This document shows, in pieces, positions 1 through 7,943 of a stretch of DNA of 64,000 nt. Within the stretch, counting starts at the first letter, position 1, and each line of letters opens with the position of its first letter. Location: positions 32,001 through 96,000 of IMG/VR virus record IMGVR_UViG_3300033073_000160. The stretch is one strand, 5' to 3'. Source of the DNA: a virus. Taxonomy: Duplodnaviria > Caudoviricetes. The translations under genes and the position numbers were made by a program. The notes beneath the pieces were generated by a model. That model saw nothing but the letters and a program-made list of their open reading frames with translations, ran no database searches and was not told where the DNA came from.

Positions 1-2
1 TA

Positions 3-566
3 CAGATGATGGATAATGGTTTTATTACTGGTAGCAATGGCAAACAAGCCGACTGCCGTAACTTGATCCTTATTCTTACTACTAATGCTGGCGCACAATC
101 TGCTGAAAAGAATGCTATTGGCTTTGGGTCACAAGAAAAAGCCTACAGTGACGCAGATTTGAAAAAGTTCCTAACACCTGAATTCCGTAATCGTTTAGAT
201 GGCATCATTACCTTTAACAAGCTGGGCAAGCCAACTATGACTAAGATTGTTAATAAATTCTTAGACGAACTACGTGAACAAGTTAAAGAAAAAGCCATTC
301 GTATCAAAGCTGACAAAGATGCAATCGAATGGCTGATTGAAAAAGGATTTGATAGCAAGATGGGCGCTCGCCCACTACAACGTGTTATCGACAAGGAAAT
401 TAAGCGTGATCTTGCTAAGATGATGCTGTTCGGGGACTTGAAGCAAGGGGGCTGGCTAACTATTAGCGTAGTCGACGACAAGCTGGTGTTGGTTGCAAAG
501 CCAAAGACTCCAAAGGTTCCGCTATTAGTTTCAGAAGTAAAAGAAAATGCTAGTCAAGAAGACTAA
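3..566 (+). CDS. ClpA/ClpB-family AAA+ chaperone, C-terminal part (5'-truncated by the window)
   Basis: QMMDNG..TG..G..ADCRN.ILILTTNAG, IGFG loop, PEFRNRLD, MGARPLQRVI motifs of the Clp D2 domain; frame is open to the window edge. Confidence 0.9.
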   Translation, partial: QMMDNGFITGSNGKQADCRNLILILTTNAGAQSAEKNAIGFGSQEKAYSDADLKKFLTPEFRNRLDGIITFNKLGKPTMTKIVNKFLDELREQVKEKAIRIKADKDAIEWLIEKGFDSKMGARPLQRVIDKEIKRDLAKMMLFGDLKQGGWLTISVVDDKLVLVAKPKTPKVPLLVSEVKENASQED

Positions 567-1164
567 AAGGCTATTTCACGGGAAATATCAATACAAAGCT
601 GTATTGATAGTTCCTGCAGCCGCTTGGTTTAGAGGTTGTAATTTAGACCACGCAATCGAAAAGCTAATGTCGTTTAGCTTTTCAAATAAAAAGACATTTG
701 ACAACAAACTAAAGACGCCGGAAGATTTAGCCTACTGTGTTAAGCTAGCCAAGGCGCTTGATAAGTTAGAAAACTTTGAAATCCGTGTCGAAAGTCCACT
801 TCTGAGTTTTTATACAAATAACAAAGCAGATGTTGACAAACTAGTTAAACTAGACGTCGATCGTGTAAAATATACAAGTGAACCCGAAGATTCTGCATCG
901 TTAGTTGCAGGAACTATTATTCTTCCAAAGATTCCATTTGATTACCGAGTAACTATGGGGAGGACTCGTCAAAGTCACGATGCTTTTATTGAATGGGCAG
1001 CAGCTACAGATAAAGTAAAGCTAACTAGGAGTTGCGAGGATGCGCTAAGTCGCAATCATAGCTGGGGCGGCACATATTTCTATGTTAAAGGCGATAACAG
1101 CCTACTTATGGCCCGTATGATGCTTGGCGGAGGCATCAATAAAGTAGAAAAAATCATAAAATAA
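547..1164 (+). CDS. hypothetical protein
   Basis: 205-aa ORF overlapping the clp stop; no motif recognised. Confidence 0.7.
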   Translation: MLVKKTKRLFHGKYQYKAVLIVPAAAWFRGCNLDHAIEKLMSFSFSNKKTFDNKLKTPEDLAYCVKLAKALDKLENFEIRVESPLLSFYTNNKADVDKLVKLDVDRVKYTSEPEDSASLVAGTIILPKIPFDYRVTMGRTRQSHDAFIEWAAATDKVKLTRSCEDALSRNHSWGGTYFYVKGDNSLLMARMMLGGGINKVEKIIK

Positions 1165-1190
1165 TAACTGATTGCACGATTTGCTTACAA

Positions 1191-1198
1191 GATAAATA
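1191..1198 (+). promoter_or_regulatory. putative phage late-type promoter (GATAAATA)
   Basis: Intergenic TAAATA core resembling the T4 late promoter TATAAATA; the motif recurs before other genes in the window. Confidence 0.55.
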
Positions 1199-1240
1199 CT
1201 CTAAGACATCGGCTTATTGTCAATTTATAGCGGGCAAAAC

Positions 1241-1585
1241 ATGCGTATCACAGAATTAGTAGAAAATATAGATTTAGAGCTAGATAAAAAAGACGGATTA
1301 GACTTCGATCTAGTTGACGATCTATTCTTTTATATGAATCACGACGATGACACTTATCGTCGCCACACGTATCCAAGCATTGTAAAATATAAAAAAGCAA
1401 GAACTAACGGTGACGATACTGATCATTTATTGTTTGGATCAGCTGTTACAAACGCATACAAGAAATACTGCGAAGAATTTAAAGAAAAGCGATTACCTGA
1501 AAAGTTACCGCGTGATGTTTTAAATAAAATTTGCCATAAGCTTCATACTGAAGAAGGCAACAATATAGACGACGGTGCTTATTAA
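1241..1585 (+). CDS. hypothetical protein with MRITELVE N-terminus (putative head-internal protein)
   Basis: ATG at 1241 preferred over TTG at 1217; N-terminus shared with neighbouring ORFs. Confidence 0.7.
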   Translation: MRITELVENIDLELDKKDGLDFDLVDDLFFYMNHDDDTYRRHTYPSIVKYKKARTNGDDTDHLLFGSAVTNAYKKYCEEFKEKRLPEKLPRDVLNKICHKLHTEEGNNIDDGAY

Positions 1586-2811
1586 TGCGTTTAAGAGAAC
1601 TTTTTTCCTTAATGGAAGCTAAGAAGGATGCAGGCAATGATGTCGGCATGGAAAAATACGGCCGTCCATTTAATCACCCAGAACATTTAGTCTTCTTTAA
1701 AGGCTCAGAGGGAACACTTGAAGCATTAAACCACTTTAAAGAAATTGCTGCTGAAAAAGCAGGCTCTACTAGCATCCGTCGTAAATGGGACGGCAATCCC
1801 CAAGTATACTGGGGTAGAGAAACAAAAGGTGGTCCACTAATCTTAGCAGGACACAATCAATGGAGCAGAGGTGTTAAAGCAACTAGCGCTGAACAAGTAT
1901 ACGACTTTATTGCAAATCAAAGTGGCAAACCTCCTAAGAACGTTGATGAGCAACGAGCTCGTCAAGCGTTTGCACAAAACTTTTCTAACCTATATCCACT
2001 ATTTGATGCAGCTACGCCTAAAGACTTTGTAGGCTACGTCTATGCAGATAGTTTATACGGTGTTGATCCTAGCCTAAACAAAAAGTTAGGTGGTGCTAGT
2101 AAAGAATATCCTAAGGGCATATGGACGTTTTGTCCTAACCCTAATAGTAATACTTGTTATCACGTAGATGCAGCAAGTGAACTAGGTCAAAGAATTGCAC
2201 AGGCTAAAGTTATGGTCGTCGGTCATGCAACCTTTGATACGTTTGGTGCACCAGATAGAGAACAACAACCCCTTGACGACTTCGAAATGTTTAATCAAAC
2301 TCCTGGTTTGATTGTTCAAGGTCCAATCTATACAGATGAAGCCCCTGGCATAGATTTAACACCAGTTGACGAAATGATAAAATATGTCAATCAACACGGT
2401 GCTGCTATAGATGGATTTATGAGTAGTTTACCTGATCCTGATAAGAATGGTATTTTTTATCCATTCTTTAATAGCATGAGTGGTTCACACGCAAGAGGCG
2501 AAGCAGACTTTAATGCAATCTCAGGACATACATTTATGGACTGGATGACAAAGAAAGGTGTTAGTCCAAAGAAACAACAACATATTGTTGATATGATTCA
2601 GCAATACCCCGGCGGGTTAGATGCTATATTCTTTTTAATTAAAGGTATACGCAACATGAAGGATCAACTTGATGCTGCAATTAAACAGCAACCACGTAAG
2701 GAAATTTGGGATACTAACGGAGAAGGACACGTTCGTTATCCGCAGGCTCATCACAAATTTGGTGCAATGAAATTTGTTCCAACTACTTGGGCACCAGGAA
2801 GAAAAGAATGA
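1585..2811 (+). CDS. KxDG-motif ligase/nucleotidyltransferase-like protein
   Basis: HPEHLVF and RKWDGNP motifs (motif I KxDG of ATP-dependent ligases); N-terminus MRLRELF. Confidence 0.55.
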   Translation: MRLRELFSLMEAKKDAGNDVGMEKYGRPFNHPEHLVFFKGSEGTLEALNHFKEIAAEKAGSTSIRRKWDGNPQVYWGRETKGGPLILAGHNQWSRGVKATSAEQVYDFIANQSGKPPKNVDEQRARQAFAQNFSNLYPLFDAATPKDFVGYVYADSLYGVDPSLNKKLGGASKEYPKGIWTFCPNPNSNTCYHVDAASELGQRIAQAKVMVVGHATFDTFGAPDREQQPLDDFEMFNQTPGLIVQGPIYTDEAPGIDLTPVDEMIKYVNQHGAAIDGFMSSLPDPDKNGIFYPFFNSMSGSHARGEADFNAISGHTFMDWMTKKGVSPKKQQHIVDMIQQYPGGLDAIFFLIKGIRNMKDQLDAAIKQQPRKEIWDTNGEGHVRYPQAHHKFGAMKFVPTTWAPGRKE

Positions 2812-4793
2812 AATTAAGACAATTATTCAACACTAGACAAAACGAATCAGTTGCATCGGCTGCAATCGGCGGTGCAATTGGAAGAGAAGTCGGTAAAGAA
2901 GCTGGTAAAGAAGCCGGGAAGGTTGCAGGTAAAGTTGCAGGTAAAGAAGCCGGCACAATGTCAAAGACAGTATCTAGGGCAAAAACTATAGCAGGGGCAG
3001 ATACTCTTAGTAAAGAAAAAGAAAAAAATAGCACATCGATTGGTGTCTGCTTTGGTCGTTGGAATCCTCCCCACAAAGGGCATCGTGCTGCTTGGGAAAT
3101 TGCAGCAAGGAATGATACATTCTATGTTGGCACTAATAAGAATACAGAAGGCCCGAATGATCCGTTACCTTATGATGTAAAACTAAGTTGCATGGAAACA
3201 ATTTGGCCTGAGATTAAAGGGCACGTTGTTCCCGAACAAAGTTTGTTTACCCTAGCATCTAAAGTATATGCTAAACACGGCGAAGACGTTCATTTAAAAG
3301 TAGCAACAGACGAAGATTGGTTAACTAGCTCTCTTGTTAAGTATAACGGTGTAGCAGGTGCGCACGGCTTCTACAAGTTTGCTAGTATTGAGCAAGTTCC
3401 AACACCTCGACTAAGTAGTGCAACACAACTACGTGCGGCAGTTCGTGCAGGTGACAGAGATGCGTTTGCAGAAGCAGCAGGTGTTGATGCAAACACACCA
3501 ATTCGTGTTGGTGCAAAAGCAGTTCCGTTCTTTGATCTAGTTGCACACTATCTTGCTAAACATCCTGAAAAAGTTAAGAAGGTTAAGAAAGTAGACGAAG
3601 TAACTCCGGTGCAACCTGCCTCAGTTCCTGTTCCAGCACTACCAGCTGACCAAAGGCCTTATCAAGGAAGCTGGGCTAAGGTAGTGCCTAATAAAGATAT
3701 CGGGTTTGATGTTGTAGACTTTGACGGGAATGTTTCGTTAAAAGGTGCAAAATTAGCTGATGCAAATGCTGAAGCAAAGATTGTTGATAAAGAAATCGGT
3801 AAAGTTGCAATAGAACTAGGGTCATCGATTCGAGTAGATGAACATAAGAAAGGTGTTCGTGCAATGAAATATACTAAGAAGCCAGTTAATCCTTCTGCAC
3901 AACATCAAAAAGCAAAGGAAAAGTTTCAGCCGATTAAGCCAGGTGTTGAAAAGCAAACTGACGAATGTGCAGGCGTTGGAACTATTACAAAACAAAATTC
4001 AACTGCCGATGTAAACAAAGGCACGCCTTATAAGAATCTAAAAGCCTTTAATTTAGTTAAGGAAGGTCGTGCAAATACAAAGGCAGTTAGAACAGGATTG
4101 TCAAAGCGTGAAAAGAAAGCAGATCCAACTATGGATGCAAAGAAACAATCGGAGCAGGATGCCGCTTGGGAACGTTTACAAGCACACATGAATAAGCCAG
4201 AAAATATGGATGTGTTGAAACGTCTAGCAACTAAAGAAGGCATTTTCGATAGTAAACCTAAAGTAGACTTCAAATCTCGTGCTAAAGAGTTGTTTGCTAA
4301 AGGATTAACAGAACAACAAGTATTACAGCAATTAATCAAAGAAGGTTGCCCGCCAAATCAAGCGGCTGTATTTGTGCAAGGAGCACAATTAGAAGAATCC
4401 TCACTAGACACTTATATGGCAGAAAGAGCAGCGTATCTTGCAGAAACTGGCATGAAAAAGATTGACAAAGCTGCTAAAGGCGCTATGAAAAATGCGTCGA
4501 CGTTACCAGCATTGAACCAATCAACTGGTAGTGCTTATATGAATTATCGCATGAGTATTGCACTAGCAGGTGCTCCCGATTATCCTACAAAGATGGAAGC
4601 AGACAACTGGATCGGCGGTGACCCATTATTGTCTACATATACTGAAGAAGAGTTTGAAATGATTAAAAAAGCAGCGCAACAAGTTGGCGCTGGCACTATT
4701 CAAAACTGGTCAGGTAAGCGTAGTCAAGAAATGGCAGATGTTAATAAGACCAGTGCGGTTGCAAAGATTAAACGTAACAAATACGGTGTGTAA
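2808..4793 (+). CDS. cytidylyltransferase-like (HxGH) nucleotidyltransferase with a long modular C-terminal extension
   Basis: FGRWNPPHKGH, NDPLPYDVK and SSATQLR motifs; ATG at 2808 overlaps the upstream stop (ATGA). Confidence 0.75.
   Translation: MKLRQLFNTRQNESVASAAIGGAIGREVGKEAGKEAGKVAGKVAGKEAGTMSKTVSRAKTIAGADTLSKEKEKNSTSIGVCFGRWNPPHKGHRAAWEIAARNDTFYVGTNKNTEGPNDPLPYDVKLSCMETIWPEIKGHVVPEQSLFTLASKVYAKHGEDVHLKVATDEDWLTSSLVKYNGVAGAHGFYKFASIEQVPTPRLSSATQLRAAVRAGDRDAFAEAAGVDANTPIRVGAKAVPFFDLVAHYLAKHPEKVKKVKKVDEVTPVQPASVPVPALPADQRPYQGSWAKVVPNKDIGFDVVDFDGNVSLKGAKLADANAEAKIVDKEIGKVAIELGSSIRVDEHKKGVRAMKYTKKPVNPSAQHQKAKEKFQPIKPGVEKQTDECAGVGTITKQNSTADVNKGTPYKNLKAFNLVKEGRANTKAVRTGLSKREKKADPTMDAKKQSEQDAAWERLQAHMNKPENMDVLKRLATKEGIFDSKPKVDFKSRAKELFAKGLTEQQVLQQLIKEGCPPNQAAVFVQGAQLEESSLDTYMAERAAYLAETGMKKIDKAAKGAMKNASTLPALNQSTGSAYMNYRMSIALAGAPDYPTKMEADNWIGGDPLLSTYTEEEFEMIKKAAQQVGAGTIQNWSGKRSQEMADVNKTSAVAKIKRNKYGV
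2885..2955 (+). repeat. degenerate 12-bp coding tandem repeat (GKEA/GKVA)
   Basis: ggtaaagaagct/ggtaaagaagcc/ggtaaagttgca units. Confidence 0.7.
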
Positions 4794-5080
4794 TGAAACA
4801 GTATAGGATCACAACACAGGATTTGATACAAGATAGCGACGATGATTGCTACTTGGCGCCAGACGATCCTATCCATGAGATGAAAGCATTAGCTGGATTA
4901 GGTGGACTAGGTGGACAAGCAAGACTGCACGAATACCGTGCAAGTTTAGGTAGCAATATTAGTGTTACAGGCAATGAGAACGGACGTATACAACGAGAGC
5001 AAAATATTAAACCCGGAACTCCAGAATGGTTTCAACTATGGTTTAGTTTGCCTTACATGACTGGAGAAAAGAAAACATGA
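4793..5080 (+). CDS. hypothetical protein
   Basis: 95 aa, coupled by TAATG/ATGA overlaps; HEMKALAGL and IKPGTPEWFQLWF motifs. Confidence 0.7.
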   Translation: MKQYRITTQDLIQDSDDDCYLAPDDPIHEMKALAGLGGLGGQARLHEYRASLGSNISVTGNENGRIQREQNIKPGTPEWFQLWFSLPYMTGEKKT

Positions 5081-5667
5081 AAATCAATGAATTAGTTGAA
5101 GGTATTTTAGACGAAGTTAGTTTAAAAGGCTTTGGCACTTATGCTAAAAAAGCGCAGATGGATAGAGCTCTATCGCAAATGGGATCAGCATTTGCTGCCA
5201 GCCCTGAAGAGCGCGAAAAGAATCAAGCTAGGGCTGCAAGACGTGAGAAAGGGCTTGCTAGGCATAAAACTCGTGTTGACAAATACTGGGCTGAGAAAAA
5301 CGCAAGAGATGCTGCCGAGCGCGAGCAAGCAATTCGCGATAAGTTTGCAGGTGTAGATATCGATGACGAAATTGCAAAATTGAAGCCTGCACAGCAACGT
5401 GCATATCACGATTATCAATACGGTGCTAGAAACACTTATAGTCAAGCACACGATGAATATAACCGTATTAGTGCTAAAATCCAAGAACTAGAACGTGCTA
5501 AAAAAGTGCTAGGTGGGCTAGATGAAGAAGCAACAGCGGGCGGAACTAGCGCAGGCATGATGAGTATAGGTGCTGTGCATAAAAATCAAAGCCCTAAAAT
5601 GCAAAAACCAACAGATAACGCTTTAGACGGTGATAATTTGATGACCGGCGGAAGCATAAAACGCTAA
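5077..5667 (+). CDS. hypothetical protein with MKINELVE N-terminus (putative head-internal protein)
   Basis: 196 aa; shared N-terminal motif; LVE/LDE sites. Confidence 0.7.
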   Translation: MKINELVEGILDEVSLKGFGTYAKKAQMDRALSQMGSAFAASPEEREKNQARAARREKGLARHKTRVDKYWAEKNARDAAEREQAIRDKFAGVDIDDEIAKLKPAQQRAYHDYQYGARNTYSQAHDEYNRISAKIQELERAKKVLGGLDEEATAGGTSAGMMSIGAVHKNQSPKMQKPTDNALDGDNLMTGGSIKR

Positions 5668-5670
5668 ATA
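5663..5670 (+). promoter_or_regulatory. putative late-type promoter (GCTAAATA)
   Basis: TAAATA core about 25 nt before the ATG at 5692, followed by a GGAG Shine-Dalgarno. Confidence 0.45.
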
Positions 5671-5691
5671 TACTAATAACGGAGTTTAACC

Positions 5692-6846
5692 ATGCAAGAC
5701 ATGCAACCAGACAATTCAGCAATGCCAGTCGACAACGAAGGCGCTATGGCCAAGGCTGACCTATATAAATTAGCTAACTATAGTTTCAAACTGTTTAAAC
5801 AGATCGACGGCAACGCTCAACTTGAAGGTTGGGTCCAGGCTAAGATTACAAAAGCTGCCGATTACATCGCTAGCGTATACCACTACATGGAATACGAAAT
5901 GAAGTTTACTGAATACGGTGAACAACTTGAAAATAGCGAAATGTATTCAGAGAGTGAAAAAGCCGTATTAGCTTCTAAACTAATGGAAGCTAAAGAAAAG
6001 GTTAAAGAGCTTAAGAAAAAGACTGCTGATAAATTAGCTAAAAAAGACATGCCAGTTAAAGAAGAAAAATCTTCAACAGGTGGTGAAATTGATCGTTCAA
6101 AGAAAGGTGTAACAAGACACACCCATAATCCTGATCGTTTTAGCGACGAACCTCACGGCGAACCAGCAAGCAAGGCTAAGTCTCAATCTGCTGCTGAAAA
6201 AGCCAAAGACAAAGCTGCTGATAAAGCTGAAGAAAAAGAAGGTAAGAATTGGGAAAAGCGTTTTGGTAAAGGTTCTGTAACTCGTGTTAAAGATGGTAAG
6301 AAAGTAGACGAAGCGTTAGACCCCGTAGGTAAAGAAGACGACGACGTTAACAACGATGGTAAGAAAGATAAATCTGACGCTTATCTAAAGAAGCGCCGTG
6401 CCGCTGTCAGTAAGGCTGTTGGTAAGAAAGGCAAGCTAGAAGAAGCCGACAAAGGTGACATGGATAACGATGGCAAGGATGAACCAGATTCAAAAGAATA
6501 CATGGACAATAAAGATGCTGCTATCAAAAAGTCTGTTGCTGACAAAAAGAAAAAAGTTAAAGAAGCAGTTACTAAAGCAAAGGCCAAAATGGAAGGTTCT
6601 ATTCAAGGCGGTGTTTGGGTAAGTAGCCCAGATAAAGGTGTTGCGCCACCAAAGAACGATGACCAGGGAACTTTGAAAAAAGTTACACCTAAGAAACCAG
6701 CAACTGGCACACCTCCATACGTTCCATCAAAAAAATCAGGGACTAAGAAAGCCGAAACTGAAACTGATACAGCAGTTGCAGAAAGTTTAAAAGAATCAGC
6801 TGACTTAGGTCGTATGAAGCAATTCTTAGGTCGTCTCTTAGGATAA
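5692..6846 (+). CDS. highly charged Lys/Asp/Glu-rich protein, putative head-internal/scaffold-like
   Basis: 384 aa; many VKE/VDE/LEE sites; two DxNNDG/DMDNDG motifs. Confidence 0.7.
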   Translation: MQDMQPDNSAMPVDNEGAMAKADLYKLANYSFKLFKQIDGNAQLEGWVQAKITKAADYIASVYHYMEYEMKFTEYGEQLENSEMYSESEKAVLASKLMEAKEKVKELKKKTADKLAKKDMPVKEEKSSTGGEIDRSKKGVTRHTHNPDRFSDEPHGEPASKAKSQSAAEKAKDKAADKAEEKEGKNWEKRFGKGSVTRVKDGKKVDEALDPVGKEDDDVNNDGKKDKSDAYLKKRRAAVSKAVGKKGKLEEADKGDMDNDGKDEPDSKEYMDNKDAAIKKSVADKKKKVKEAVTKAKAKMEGSIQGGVWVSSPDKGVAPPKNDDQGTLKKVTPKKPATGTPPYVPSKKSGTKKAETETDTAVAESLKESADLGRMKQFLGRLLG

Positions 6847-6852
6847 TCTAAA

Positions 6853-7500
6853 ATGGACATGAAGAAAATTCTACAGGCCTTAGACGGTGCTTCGACAAAG
6901 CCCGTAGAAGGTTCTGCTGACATGTCTAAATTTCTTTCTATTGTTTCCGGGACCAACACTTCAATCTTACAAGAAGGAAAGGGCCCGGGCAATACGCTAA
7001 CTACTGCTGAGACTATGGTGTATATGAATACGCCAAAAGTTGAACCTGTTACACTTAAAGAAGGTCCAAGTATTAGATCATACTTACAATTAGTTGAAGC
7101 AGAACAAGTTTCTAAAGAAGACGAACTAAGAGCTAACTTAGAAGAATTATTAAACGAAGTTAAAGAAGAACCTCCAAAGCCACGTAACTTTGTAGCCAAA
7201 CATGCTAAGACAGGCGGTGCTGGCGCACACAAAGATAAAAAGAAAGCTGAAAAGCAAGGCGATGTAAAGCACAAGAAGCAATCAATTCCCATGGATGAAA
7301 GTGAACTTGCAGAACGTTCTGTAAGCCAAGCACAAGCACATATTATGGCTGCGGCAGCACACAATCCAGAATTTGCTAAAAAAGTAAAAATTAAACCATC
7401 TGTTGCTAAAGAATTTAATCGTGCCGATAAAGGTAAGAATATTAAGAGTTTGCCACAGCGTGTAGTTAAAAAAGAAACATATGACGAAGGCGATGAGTAA
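6853..7500 (+). CDS. hypothetical protein (MDMKKILQALD N-terminus)
   Basis: 215 aa; LQE/LKE/LNE/LAE sites separating short basic modules. Confidence 0.7.
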   Translation: MDMKKILQALDGASTKPVEGSADMSKFLSIVSGTNTSILQEGKGPGNTLTTAETMVYMNTPKVEPVTLKEGPSIRSYLQLVEAEQVSKEDELRANLEELLNEVKEEPPKPRNFVAKHAKTGGAGAHKDKKKAEKQGDVKHKKQSIPMDESELAERSVSQAQAHIMAAAAHNPEFAKKVKIKPSVAKEFNRADKGKNIKSLPQRVVKKETYDEGDE

Positions 7501-7940
7501 TGGACGAACTAAAACAAGCACTTAAAGTAACACACGCTTCTACTATAGCCTTTTACATGAAAGCACACAACTTTCATTTTAACGTAGAAGGTCCTAACTT
7601 TCCTCAATATCACACATTATTTCAAACCATATACGACGAAGTATACGGTAGTGTAGACCAGTTTGGAGAAGAAATCCGTGCGTTAGGTTCTTACACTCCA
7701 ATGAGCCCTGCACGTATTGCAGAGCTTTCAATTTTAGACGAACCTCAAATTCCAATGCCTGCACAAGAAATGCTACAAGCACTTGGACAAGATAATCAGG
7801 CATTATTAGAAGTATTAAAACGTGTATTTGAAATTGCAAATTCAAATAACGAACAAGGTCTTGCAGACTTTATTGCAGGACGTTTAGATGCACATAAAAA
7901 ACATGCATGGATGCTCCGTGCAACTAGTAAACCAGGATAA
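7500..7940 (+). CDS. dps: Dps/ferritin-like DNA protection protein
   Basis: HNFHFNVEG..F..YH..F..IYDE...VD..GE.IR ferroxidase pattern and HKKHAWML C-terminus. Confidence 0.9.
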   Translation: MDELKQALKVTHASTIAFYMKAHNFHFNVEGPNFPQYHTLFQTIYDEVYGSVDQFGEEIRALGSYTPMSPARIAELSILDEPQIPMPAQEMLQALGQDNQALLEVLKRVFEIANSNNEQGLADFIAGRLDAHKKHAWMLRATSKPG

Positions 7941-7943
7941 GAC

